Below are positions 9,394 to 19,863 of a DNA stretch of 64,000 nt, one piece after another. Source of the stretch: an uncultured Thermodesulfobacteriota bacterium (lineage in GTDB: Bacteria > Desulfobacterota > GWC2-55-46 > JADFVP01); the NCBI GenBank assembly GCA_964567185.1, contig CAZMKZ010000001.1, forward strand, positions 13,507-77,506, written 5' to 3'. The translations under genes were made by a program, and so were the position numbers. Positions within the stretch are counted from its first letter, which is position 1; the number at the start of each line of letters is the position of its first letter. Under the pieces are notes generated by a model. The model searched no databases, was not told where the DNA came from, and saw only the letters and a list, made by a program, of their open reading frames with translations.

Positions 9394-11412
9394 TTAAGGC
9401 TGGTCCTCTGAATAGGGGCTTTCCACTGCCTCTTCTTCCCCTTCGCTCTCCTTTATTATCCTCTCGATTTCGTCTTTTTCAAGGACTTCTTTTTCAAGGA
9501 GGGCATTGGCAAGGTTCTCAAGGGTCTTTCTCTTTGACTTCAGAATCTTCGTGGCCGTTTCTTCGGCCTCTACGATGAGTTTTCTTATCTCCTGATCCAT
9601 GAGCCAGGCCATGTCCTCGCTGTAGCGTTTCGGATGTGAGAGTTCCATGCCGAGGAAGGGGTGCTCCTCGCCCCTGCCGAGGTTAATGGGGCCTACCTTT
9701 TCGCTCATGCCCCACTGGGCGACCATCTTTTCGGCAAGGGAGGTGGCGTCTTTCAGGTCGTTCTGCGCGCCGGTGGAGGTGTCGTTGAAGATGAGCCTCT
9801 CCGATACCCTGCCGCCAAGGGCCACTGCAAGCCTGCTCAGCAGGTAGCTCTTGGGGTAAAAATGCCTGTCTTCAGTGGGTAACAGCTTGGTTACTCCCAT
9901 GGCCATGCCGCGCGGGACGATGGTTACCTTGTGAATGGGGTCGGTATTGGGAAGGCTCTGCGCCACAAGCGTGTGCCCTGCCTCGTGATAGGCTGTGATG
10001 CGACGCTCCAGCTCGTTTATCTTTTCCTCGCGTTTTGCTCCCATGAGGACCTTGTCTATTGCCTCCTCGAAGTCGGCGGAGTTAATCTCATTTTTTCGGT
10101 TTCTCGCGGCGTTTAGTGCCGCCTCGTTGACGATATTTTCAAGGTCCGCGCCTGTCATGCCCGGCGTTCCGCGGGCAGTGCTCTCAAGGTTTACGTCATG
10201 GGCGAGTTTTTTGCCACGGGCGTGTATCTTCAGTATTGCCTCTCTCTCCTTGAGGCCGGGCCTGTCTATGAGTATATGGCGGTCAAACCTGCCGGGGCGC
10301 AGGAGCGCCGCGTCCAGGACATCGGGCCTGTTCGTGGCGGCCATTACGATAACCTCTTCGTGGGCCTCGAAACCGTCCATTTCGCTAAGCAACTGGTTAA
10401 GGGTCTGCTCTCTCTCGTCGTGCCCCCCGCCAAGACCCGTGCCGCGGGTGCGCCCCACGGAGTCGAGCTCGTCGATGAATATGATGCTCGGCTGGCTTTC
10501 CTTGGCCTTCTTGAACATATCCCGTACGCGGGCCGCGCCCACACCGACGAACATCTCTATGAACTCCGATGCGCTGATGCTGAAAAAGGGCACATTGGCC
10601 TCGCCTGCCGTGGCCCTGGCAAGGAGGGTCTTGCCGGTGCCCGGGGGGCCCACAAGAAGGACGCCGCGCGGGACCTTGGCACCTATGTTCTTAAATCTTT
10701 CAGGGTCTTTTAGGAACTCGATGGTCTCCATGAGGTCGGCCTTTACGTTCTCAAGACCGGCTACATCCTTGAAGGTAACGCCCGGTTTGCTCGTGTCGTA
10801 TCGTTTTGCCTTGCTTGAACCAAAGGCGAAGAGCCCGCCGGGGCCGCCCTGCATACCGGCGGAGCGCCTCATGATGAGGACCCAGAAGCCTATGATAAGG
10901 ACCCAGGGCAGGATAGCAAAGACAAACTGCCAGAATATGGAGCCGGTCTCGGAGTCCACGGTGACGGAGACGTGTTTCTTTCTGAGCTCCGCCATGAGCC
11001 CGTCGCCCTGAAAGGAGGGCAGGTTGGTAGTGAAGCCTGTTGGTTCCTTAATCCCCTTATCCTTTATGCCTGTCTCGCCGCCCTCCCTTAAGAGCTCTCC
11101 TGTTACGGTAAGACCCTTTAAAGTAACGGACCTTATCTTTGACTGGTCAAGGAGTTCCATGAATCTGCTGTAGGAGATAGGTTTTCGCTGCGGGACATTA
11201 GTGGCTATGCCCCCCCAGAGGTAGAAGAGCAGGGCGATGGCCAGAAAAGGGAGGATAAAGCTCCACTGTGAGCCCGGAAGGGTAGGTCTCTTCTTGCCGT
11301 TAGCCTTCTTGTTTAAAAGCCTTTTGCCTTTAGGCCTGTTATCTTTAGCCATATAAGTCTTCATTTGCCTTTCAGTAGTTTGTGCGTCAGGGCGCGTGGA
11401 TTTGCGCTTCAT
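9394..11412 (-). CDS. ftsH: ATP-dependent zinc metalloprotease FtsH (the true start may be an internal Met near 11352-11364)
   Basis: TM segment, AAA+ Walker [17 protein letters not shown] region, and zinc motif HEAGH within ...[11 protein letters not shown]. Confidence 0.95.
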   Translation of the reverse strand: MKRKSTRPDAQTTERQMKTYMAKDNRPKGKRLLNKKANGKKRPTLPGSQWSFILPFLAIALLFYLWGGIATNVPQRKPISYSRFMELLDQSKIRSVTLKGLTVTGELLREGGETGIKDKGIKEPTGFTTNLPSFQGDGLMAELRKKHVSVTVDSETGSIFWQFVFAILPWVLIIGFWVLIMRRSAGMQGGPGGLFAFGSSKAKRYDTSKPGVTFKDVAGLENVKADLMETIEFLKDPERFKNIGAKVPRGVLLVGPPGTGKTLLARATAGEANVPFFSISASEFIEMFVGVGAARVRDMFKKAKESQPSIIFIDELDSVGRTRGTGLGGGHDEREQTLNQLLSEMDGFEAHEEVIVMAATNRPDVLDAALLRPGRFDRHILIDRPGLKEREAILKIHARGKKLAHDVNLESTARGTPGMTGADLENIVNEAALNAARNRKNEINSADFEEAIDKVLMGAKREEKINELERRITAYHEAGHTLVAQSLPNTDPIHKVTIVPRGMAMGVTKLLPTEDRHFYPKSYLLSRLAVALGGRVSERLIFNDTSTGAQNDLKDATSLAEKMVAQWGMSEKVGPINLGRGEEHPFLGMELSHPKRYSEDMAWLMDQEIRKLIVEAEETATKILKSKRKTLENLANALLEKEVLEKDEIERIIKESEGEEEAVESPYSEDQP

Positions 11413-11624
11413 CTTTAATATAATGCCTTAAGGCGGCCATGTCAAAGGAGTTATAAGAGAAAGACAAGTAAAATCAAGGCAAAAAAGGTTTGATATCCTT
11501 GGAAAAAAAGATTTAAGAGATGAGAGGGCCGCTGTAGTCGCCTCTTTGGCGTGCCATCCTTCTACAAAGCGTAAAATAGTAGCGGATTTTTTGTCACGCA
11601 TGTGAAGGGGGCTGGGGAGGGGAC

Positions 11625-12002
11625 TTACTTTAAATCATTGGGGCTCATAACCCAGACCCTTATTGGGAGGTTGAACTCTTTAATGGTTAGGCGCAGCCTT
11701 TTGAGAAACCGCTCTTCAGGGGTTTTTTCCACTATGATTAGTATGCCAGGTTGCCTTCCTGTCTTTCCACTGTAAAATAGGGCCTGCCCGATGGCCTCGG
11801 CCCATTTATCCGCAAAATCCACCTCCACGGCATAGGTATCCGTAAGGCAATCGACGCGTGTACGGTCTGAGAGCACAACTTCGACCTGCCCGCCGATATG
11901 GCCGCACCAGGACTCCTGATAAACTTTTTCAAGGTGTAAGGTCTTGCTGAAGGCATTTACAGGGGTAAGGAAGATAAAAAAGATTAGCAAAGACTTTGAC
12001 AA
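11625..12002 (-). CDS. small secreted hypothetical protein
   Basis: Signal peptide MSKSLLIFFIFLTPVNAFS. No known motif. Confidence 0.35.
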   Translation of the reverse strand: MSKSLLIFFIFLTPVNAFSKTLHLEKVYQESWCGHIGGQVEVVLSDRTRVDCLTDTYAVEVDFADKWAEAIGQALFYSGKTGRQPGILIIVEKTPEERFLKRLRLTIKEFNLPIRVWVMSPNDLK

Positions 12003-12221
12003 AGACCCCCCGCTTTGTTCTCGGCGTTTCAGCGATATCGGGGAGTCTTATTCTCTGGTGTGCTGGAAACCGTTCTCTACCCAAAATGGGCGGACAACCA
12101 TAGCCCTGTTGAGCTGAAGATTATAATACCACTATATTAACAAAATGTGAACCGTTTTAAATAAAAAAAGTATTTTTTTTGAGGTCCAAGGGCCTTAAAA
12201 GGAGCGGCCTATTCCCCGGCC

Positions 12222-12896
12222 TCATTTTTCCAGTGTTCTTACCAGCTTTTTCGCTATTGAGGGGACGTTTTTCACCGTGCCGTCGAAGATTTCATAAACG
12301 CCTATGTCCTCCTCATCGTAGAACCTTGAGTTGGACTTCTGGTCCGTTACAATGGCCGCCCCTGCCAGCGAGACCCCGGCAAAGAGGCCCCTTGACCTTG
12401 AGTAGGAGTATATCTCCGCCTTCATGGTAACATCCGTTGCCGCCTCGCTGTGGCGTCCCACGGGACCTGCGGCCACGGTAGCGTCGGCGCCGAGGGTGAA
12501 CTTCGCCCGCCTCAGCCCGTCTACGCTCTTTTTTGTCCTGAAGACCAGAATTACATCCGATGATTGCGCTCCAACCTGAAAGCCAAGGCTCGCGCCGGCA
12601 ATGGTGATAAAGGAGGGGTAACTCCAACCTGTTTTGTTGCGAACAACGACAACGCCGCGCCCGAATTTTCCGCCTACCACATAGCCCACCTTTATCACCG
12701 AAGGGATGATTGCTATGGCATGCGCCTCGCGCAGGAGGTCCTCAGGGATGCTCTTTTCCGGTATGGACATGATGTCTTCCATGACCTCTATGGCATCTTC
12801 TACCTTTCTCGTCTCTTTTCTTCCCGCCGAAGCCGGGTATGAGGTCAGTAATATCAGAAAGGCCGCTAAAAGTGCCGTCATCATGTGTTTTTTCAT
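12222..12896 (-). CDS. SYLF (Ysc84/DUF500) lipid-binding domain protein, exported
   Basis: Signal peptide followed by ...IIPSVIKVGYVVGGKFGRGVVVVR...GASLGFQVGAQSSDVILVF...FTLGADATVAAGPVGR, the repeated SYLF pattern. Confidence 0.65.
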   Translation of the reverse strand: MKKHMMTALLAAFLILLTSYPASAGRKETRKVEDAIEVMEDIMSIPEKSIPEDLLREAHAIAIIPSVIKVGYVVGGKFGRGVVVVRNKTGWSYPSFITIAGASLGFQVGAQSSDVILVFRTKKSVDGLRRAKFTLGADATVAAGPVGRHSEAATDVTMKAEIYSYSRSRGLFAGVSLAGAAIVTDQKSNSRFYDEEDIGVYEIFDGTVKNVPSIAKKLVRTLEK

Positions 12897-13043
12897 GGAT
12901 TTACCTCCTATACTGAAAATTTACACTTTACACTGCCTTCTGTCAACATTTATGAGGAGTTAAATGGGGCTTTTGAGTAATTTCATCAGGCCGTTATTGT
13001 GTAGACTTTTTAATGTCCGGGAGATAATATCAAGGCATCGGGT

Positions 13044-13283
13044 ATGGTGTGTGGGGCCGAAGAAGACCATTATCGGATAATAATGCAGAATTCATTTAAA
13101 AAGCGTTCTGAAATTCCGAAAATTATATTATCTCTTGTGGTCTTGAGTGCCACTCTTACGGATATTTTTTCTGATGCGTTTTTTGGAAAATTTCAGGAAC
13201 TTCATCCGAAGTCAAAGGTAGCGGTTGTTTTCTTCGCGATCTTTGCTTTCTTTAGTTTGTGCGTGGACTTTGGCAATGTCTAA
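13044..13283 (+). CDS. possible small membrane protein in an AT-rich tract (weak)
   Basis: Two hydrophobic segments. AT-rich, no clear RBS. Could be spurious. Confidence 0.2.
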   Translation: MVCGAEEDHYRIIMQNSFKKRSEIPKIILSLVVLSATLTDIFSDAFFGKFQELHPKSKVAVVFFAIFAFFSLCVDFGNV

Positions 13284-13423
13284 GGAATAAAGGTATATAG
13301 GTATCAGGGCTATGACGAGGGATAGTGATAAAAAATAAAACCCTTTTATGTTTTTATTAGAGTAGTTTTTCAATTCGCCTCTATTGTGGAAAGCCTTTGC
13401 TCTTAAAAAAGGAGAGTAAGCCC

Positions 13424-14647
13424 ATGGCCAGATTTAAAAAAGATGAGTGGGACAGGGTTATGAAGTTTTTGGACGAGCACCATGGCCGGTTTGGATTGCC
13501 TGAGCGGCGGGCGGACTCTGTTGTCTTCGCGTCATTCAATATCCGAAAAATCGGAAAGGTCAAAAACCGGTCAAAACAGTCGTGGGAGTTTCTGAAAATG
13601 TTCTGTGAGCGTTGTGACCTTGTGGCGGTGCAGGAGGTTCAGGATAATCTCGAAGGCCTTAACTATCTCAAGGGGCTTTTGGGCGATAGCTACGGTATGG
13701 TTTGCTCGGATATCACGGGAGGTGTTCCCGGCGGAGTCGGCATGACAGAACGCCTTGCCTTTCTCTTTCATTGGCCCACGGTCCAGCGAACTGAAGTGGC
13801 ATCTGATATTTCTTTTGACCGAACTTCTGTTTTTGATACGCTATTTAAGAATCGAGCCGATTTTTCCAGGGCCTTCAGAAAATACGCCACGGGCCTCACC
13901 GCATGGGAGAAGAAGGTAGAGGTGTGGAAGGAAGAGGGAAAACCGGGCAAAAAGCCCAAGAAGCCTCCTTTCGTACTTCCCCGTTTTGTGACCTTCGTGC
14001 GCACTCCGCTCTGTGTTTCATTTCGAGTTCCGGGCTTCAACGGGGCCGTACCATATGAGTTTTTGGCCGTAAGCGCCCATCTGCTTTTTGGAGACAAAAG
14101 ACTGCAAAAGCAGGAGCGAAAGATGGAGTTCTATGCGCTGATAAAGTGGCTCATCTCCAGAGCGGCGCATGCGGACAGACTGTATCACAAGAACATCATC
14201 CTTCTCGGAGATATGAACCTTGATTTTGAGGAAGTTGATCCGAGACGGGCCGAGATAGAAGCTGAGATAAAGGGTTTCAATAAAAAATTTCTTAAATATC
14301 ATAAAGCCGCAAAGGTAAATTTCCCCTTTCTCGATGTTCATCCGGGCAATGATACCGTTTTTCGCACAAACGCCCGCAAGAACCAGACCTATGACCAGAT
14401 AGCCCTCTTCAGTCACGATAAGCGCCTGCCTGACGATAAGAAGAACGATACGGCCGGACAGACGCCGGGAGAGTTCGACTTCGGGGTTTTCAACTTTGTT
14501 GACCTCTTTGCCGAGGCGCTCCACGGGAAATCGCTAAAAGATCTATCGAGTAAAGAGAGAAAAGCGCTCTATGCCAGGTTTGAATACGATGTGAGCGACC
14601 ACATGCCCATATGGGTCCGTCTGCCCATGCCTTATGTGGGGCAGTAG
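13424..14647 (+). CDS. endonuclease/exonuclease/phosphatase (EEP) family protein (start at ATG 13424 with RBS GGAGAG; the track start 13397 is probably upstream of the real start)
   Basis: EEP catalytic motifs in order: VVFASFNIRKIG, LVAVQEVQD, LLGDMNLDF, SDHMPIWVRL. No signal peptide. Confidence 0.75.
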   Translation: MARFKKDEWDRVMKFLDEHHGRFGLPERRADSVVFASFNIRKIGKVKNRSKQSWEFLKMFCERCDLVAVQEVQDNLEGLNYLKGLLGDSYGMVCSDITGGVPGGVGMTERLAFLFHWPTVQRTEVASDISFDRTSVFDTLFKNRADFSRAFRKYATGLTAWEKKVEVWKEEGKPGKKPKKPPFVLPRFVTFVRTPLCVSFRVPGFNGAVPYEFLAVSAHLLFGDKRLQKQERKMEFYALIKWLISRAAHADRLYHKNIILLGDMNLDFEEVDPRRAEIEAEIKGFNKKFLKYHKAAKVNFPFLDVHPGNDTVFRTNARKNQTYDQIALFSHDKRLPDDKKNDTAGQTPGEFDFGVFNFVDLFAEALHGKSLKDLSSKERKALYARFEYDVSDHMPIWVRLPMPYVGQ

Positions 14648-14832
14648 AAGAGGGGGCAGGGGCTTGCAGATTGGTGAAGCGGAGCGCACAGCCCGACAAA
14701 TCATTGTTACGATAAGGGGAAGAAATTTAATTTCTCACCTTCTTGTCGCTCCTCTCACGTCCGCCCCTCTACCAGTATCTTCCATGGCATTGCCTCCTTC
14801 GGGAAGATAGGTCAAAAAAACCTAAAAACCCC

Positions 14833-14861
14833 TTGACACCCCGGCATAAATGAAATAATAT
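14833..14861 (+). promoter_or_regulatory. sigma70-type promoter for the rplU-rpmA-obg operon (TTGACA-17 nt-TAATAT)
   Basis: Consensus -35 TTGACA at 14833-14838 and -10 TAATAT at 14856-14861, 30 nt upstream of rplU. Confidence 0.5.
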
Positions 14862-14892
14862 TTAATATTCCAATAATAACGGAGGCATGACC

Positions 14893-15204
14893 ATGAAAGC
14901 GGTAGTCAAGACAGGCGGCAAACAGTATACCATTACAGAAGGCGATACCCTGAGGGTTGAAAAACTTGAAGGTCAGGTTGGCGCTACTATCAACCTTGAA
15001 GAAGTCCTCGCCGTGGGGGAGGGGCAGGACATAAAACTCGGCACCCCTACGGTAGAAGGGGCCAGCGTCAAGGCCGAGATATTGGCCCATGGAAGGGGCA
15101 AAAAAGTCATCGTCTTCAAGAAGAAGAGAAGAAAAGGCTATAAGAAAAAGCAGGGCCACAGGCAGGATTATACGGGCATAAAGATAGCGGAAATTAAGTA
15201 CTAA
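14893..15204 (+). CDS. rplU: 50S ribosomal protein L21 (second ATG 14893 preferred because of RBS spacing)
   Basis: [25 protein letters not shown]. Confidence 0.95.
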   Translation: MKAVVKTGGKQYTITEGDTLRVEKLEGQVGATINLEEVLAVGEGQDIKLGTPTVEGASVKAEILAHGRGKKVIVFKKKRRKGYKKKQGHRQDYTGIKIAEIKY

Positions 15205-15223
15205 TTCGAGGGAGGCTGCAAAA

Positions 15224-15478
15224 GTGGCTCATAAAAAAGCGGGCGGAAGCTCAAGAAACGGCAGAGACAGCAACGGCCAGAGAAGGGGCGTGAAGCGCTT
15301 CTCCGGAGAGACGGTTCCGGCCGGTTCCATCATAATAAGACAGCTCGGCACAAGGGTGCATCCCGGAGATAACGTGGGCATGGGCAGAGACTACACCCTT
15401 TTTGCCCGTGTTAACGGTGTTGTTCAGTTCGTTGACAAGGGCAAAAAAAAGTTCGTCAACATCCTTCCCGGCCAGTAG
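15224..15478 (+). CDS. rpmA: 50S ribosomal protein L27
   Basis: [26 protein letters not shown]. Confidence 0.95.
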   Translation: MAHKKAGGSSRNGRDSNGQRRGVKRFSGETVPAGSIIIRQLGTRVHPGDNVGMGRDYTLFARVNGVVQFVDKGKKKFVNILPGQ

Positions 15479-15528
15479 GGGCTCATTAAAGGTCAGGGGC
15501 GTATCAGGGGGGACAGGGCTGAAGTTAA

Positions 15529-16718
<1,190 letters not shown>

Positions 16719-16719
<1 letters not shown>

Positions 16720-17846
16720 TGGAAGGCAAGGCCATGTTGACGAGGAAGAGTCTTCTTAACGGGGCAAGACGTGTTGTCGTAAAGATAGGCAGCGCCGTAC
16801 TTGCCGGGGATAAAAATATCTTCAACAGGGTCGCAAGGGACGCAGGACTCCTTAAGGCAGAGGGCAGGGAAGTGGTCATCGTAAGCAGCGGCGCCGTTGC
16901 CCTTGGAATGAAGGCCCTTGGCCTCTCGGAACGGCCGGCCACCATACCCGAAACGCAGGCCGTTGCCTCGGCGGGCCAGCTGAACCTCATGTTCAACTAC
17001 AAGAAGGCTTTTTCAGAGGCAGAGCTCCTTATGGGGCAGGTCCTTCTTACTCATGATGATTTTAGAGACCGCAAGAGGTTTCTTAACGCCCGCAATACTG
17101 TCCTTACACTATTGAGGATGGGCCTTGTCCCGGTAATAAACGAGAATGATACCGTTGCAACCGAAGAGATAAAACTCGGCGATAACGACGAGCTCTCGGC
17201 CCTTGTCACCAACCTCGTGAACGCCGACATCCTCATAATACTCACGGACATAGACGGCCTCTATGATAGAGATCCCCGTGGCGATCCGAATGCGCAAAGG
17301 ATACCCCTTGTGCCTGATGTAGACAAGTTGTGTCCTGACGCCACGTGTAAAGGGGCCGGACCCCTTGGGTCGGGCGGCATGAGGTCCAAGACCCTGGCGG
17401 CCAGGATGGCCGCCCACTTCGGCGTTGCCACAATAGTTGCCAGCGGCCTTGACGATAATGTTATCACCAAAATATTTACAGGCGGCTCCATTGGCACGTT
17501 TTTCATGCCCGCGGAGCACAAGCTTACGAGCAGAAAACACTGGATAGCCTTTTCTTCGCGCCCAACCGGCAGGGTTACGGTAGACGAGGGCGCAAGAAAG
17601 GCCCTCCTTGACGGCAAAAAGAGCCTTCTGCCATCGGGTATTCTGGAAGTGGACGGCGCCTTTGAGACGGGTGAGGTAATTCACTGCGTCGATACAAAGG
17701 GCATGGAGTTCGCAAGAGGGCTTACCAATTACAGCTCCGAAGAGATTAAACGCATCAAGGGCTTCCAGAGCCGGGATATTGAGGAGCAACTCGGCTACAA
17801 GGTGTACGATGAGGTAATCCACAGGGATAACCTTGTCGTGCTTTAA
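16719..17846 (+). CDS. proB: glutamate 5-kinase ProB (with C-terminal PUA domain)
   Basis: VVKIGSAVL... amino-acid kinase fold, 375 aa. The ATG overlaps the obg stop (TGATG). Confidence 0.9.
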
Positions 17847-17878
17847 GAGATTTTTACAAGTACAGGGGGTAGAGGTCT

Positions 17879-19135
17879 ATGAGCATGGCAGATGAGTTTA
17901 CAGAGCTGGGCCGGAGGGCCAGAGAGGCGGGCCGCCTTGTGGCCAGGCTCGGAACAAAGGTAAAAAACAACGCCCTTGCCGCCATGGCCGAGGGTATTGA
18001 AAAGAACGCCGCCTTTTTGCAGGCAGAGAACGAAAAAGACCTTGTGGCGGGGAGGGAAAAGGGCCTTTCCACGGCCATGATCGAGAGGCTCAGGCTCTCC
18101 GATAAGGTCATAGCCTCCATGGCGGAGGGGCTCCGTGAAGTCGCGGCCCTGCCGGACCCCGTGGGAGAGGTTACGGGCATGTGGAAGAGACCCAATGGTC
18201 TGGTTGTGGGAAAACAGCGCATCCCCCTGGGCGTGGTGGGCATAATATACGAATCGCGTCCCAATGTGACGAGCGACGCCGCGGCCCTCTGCCTTAAATC
18301 CGGCAACGCCGTTGTGCTTCGCGGCGGCTCCGAGGCCATTCACTCCAACCTTGCCATAGCGAAAATACTCCATGAGGCCTGCGCGCGCTCCGGTGTGGCA
18401 GAGGCGGCTATTCAGGTTGTCTCAACAACAGATAGAGAGGCCGTCCTTGCCATGCTCAAGCTCGAAGACTATATAGATGTTATAATCCCAAGGGGAGGGG
18501 AGGGGCTTATACGCTTTGTGGTGGAGAACTCCAAGATACCAGTAATAAAACACTACAAGGGCGTCTGCCATGTCTATGTAGACGAGTTCGCTGATATGGA
18601 TATGGCCTCGAACATCGCCTTCAATGCCAAGGTATCCCGTCCCGGGGTCTGCAACGCACTGGAGACACTTCTTGTCCACAGGGCCGTTGCGGACGAGTTT
18701 CTGCCGCCCTTTTACCAGAGGCTCAAGGGCGCAGGCGTGGAGGTGCGCGGATGCGCGGAGACCGTCCGCATACTTGGCAATATAAAAGAGGCCGACGAAG
18801 AAGACTGGGCACGGGAGTATCTTGACCTTGTGCTCGCCGTACGGGTAGTGGATGGCTTCAGCGAGGCAGTCTCGCATATAGAAAAATACGGCTCTTTGCA
18901 TACCGAGTCTATTGTTACCAAGAGCTACGCCAACGCGCAGAGGTTTCTCCGCGAGGTGAACTCCTCTACCGTAATGGTTAACGCCTCTACAAGGTTCTCC
19001 GATGGTTTCGAGCTTGGTCTGGGCGCCGAGATAGGCATATCCACTACCAAGATACACGCCTTTGGCCCCATGGGCCTTGAAGAGCTTACGACACGCAAAT
19101 TCATCGTCTACGGCGAGGGGCAGATTAGAGAGTAG
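17879..19135 (+). CDS. proA: gamma-glutamyl phosphate reductase ProA
   Basis: 418 aa with ALDH-like fold, [10 protein letters not shown]... and the catalytic Cys region. Directly follows proB. Confidence 0.9.
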   Translation: MSMADEFTELGRRAREAGRLVARLGTKVKNNALAAMAEGIEKNAAFLQAENEKDLVAGREKGLSTAMIERLRLSDKVIASMAEGLREVAALPDPVGEVTGMWKRPNGLVVGKQRIPLGVVGIIYESRPNVTSDAAALCLKSGNAVVLRGGSEAIHSNLAIAKILHEACARSGVAEAAIQVVSTTDREAVLAMLKLEDYIDVIIPRGGEGLIRFVVENSKIPVIKHYKGVCHVYVDEFADMDMASNIAFNAKVSRPGVCNALETLLVHRAVADEFLPPFYQRLKGAGVEVRGCAETVRILGNIKEADEEDWAREYLDLVLAVRVVDGFSEAVSHIEKYGSLHTESIVTKSYANAQRFLREVNSSTVMVNASTRFSDGFELGLGAEIGISTTKIHAFGPMGLEELTTRKFIVYGEGQIRE

Positions 19136-19462
19136 CCCGCAGGTTGCTCTCTTAGTGATTCTCCGTCCCCGCCCCATGTGAAAACGCTCCCTCTGCGCCT
19201 GGTTTTTTCTCTCCCTTTTGCCCATGGTAAACTCGTTATCTCCCCGGCGTACTGCGCGCTATTGCCTGACGCGGATATGACAAAAGTTACGGAACTATGA
19301 AAAAAGTGCGTCTTTATCCGGACTCTCTTTGTAAAAAGTCTATATAAATCAATAGGTTGATTTTGGCACAGCTTTTGCTTCTCTTAATAAGCACGATTTT
19401 GTTATAAGATCGCGTTTTAAGAGGACAGCGCGAAATAAAGATAGTCATTTAAAGAGGATACA

Positions 19463-19861
19463 ATGAGTGTAAAGGGCAGGCTTGCCGATATAAGACCAAG
19501 AGACATCCTAAATATATTCGTCAACGAGCACAAGACGGCGGCCGTTCATCTTACCTCGCCGCTTGGTTTCGGCCATATTTATATATGTGACGGGGCCGTG
19601 GTACACGCCCAGTACAGAAACATGGAGGGCCCCGAGGCCCTGAAAGAGCTTTTGCGATGGAAAGAGGGCGAGTTCGAGGTAGAGCCCGACGCGCTTTCAC
19701 AGGAGCAGTCCATAGATGAAGACGCCTTTACAGCCATACTCGGCGAAAAGGGCGGCGGATTTGCATGCGGTTCCGAGGGCAAAGGCCCTGTGGACTTCGC
19801 AGGCGATTCGGTTAGCCTTATTAACAAGCTTCTTGAACTCGATATACTGGAGAGGATATAG
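19463..19861 (+). CDS. DUF4388 domain protein
   Basis: LADIRPRDILNIFVNEHKTAAVHL...GHIYICDGAVVHA...GPEALKELLRWKEGEFEVE matches the DUF4388 pattern. Confidence 0.6.
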   Translation: MSVKGRLADIRPRDILNIFVNEHKTAAVHLTSPLGFGHIYICDGAVVHAQYRNMEGPEALKELLRWKEGEFEVEPDALSQEQSIDEDAFTAILGEKGGGFACGSEGKGPVDFAGDSVSLINKLLELDILERI

Positions 19862-19863
19862 AG

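Noticed and set aside
9995-11011. 338-aa plus-strand ORF and several other long antisense ORFs (e.g. 10198-10713, 17109-17822, 17843-18373, 18422-19225, 4498-5181, 6634-7173, 8123-8620)
   Set aside because: All lie entirely inside well-supported genes on the opposite strand (ftsH, proB, proA, mazG, selA and others). They have Ser/Arg/Pro-rich low-complexity translations typical of antisense frames in GC-rich DNA.
12003-12221. Possible terminator or small RNA between the secreted-protein gene and the SYLF gene
   Set aside because: Only short GGCC-containing palindromes without a convincing stem plus T-run.
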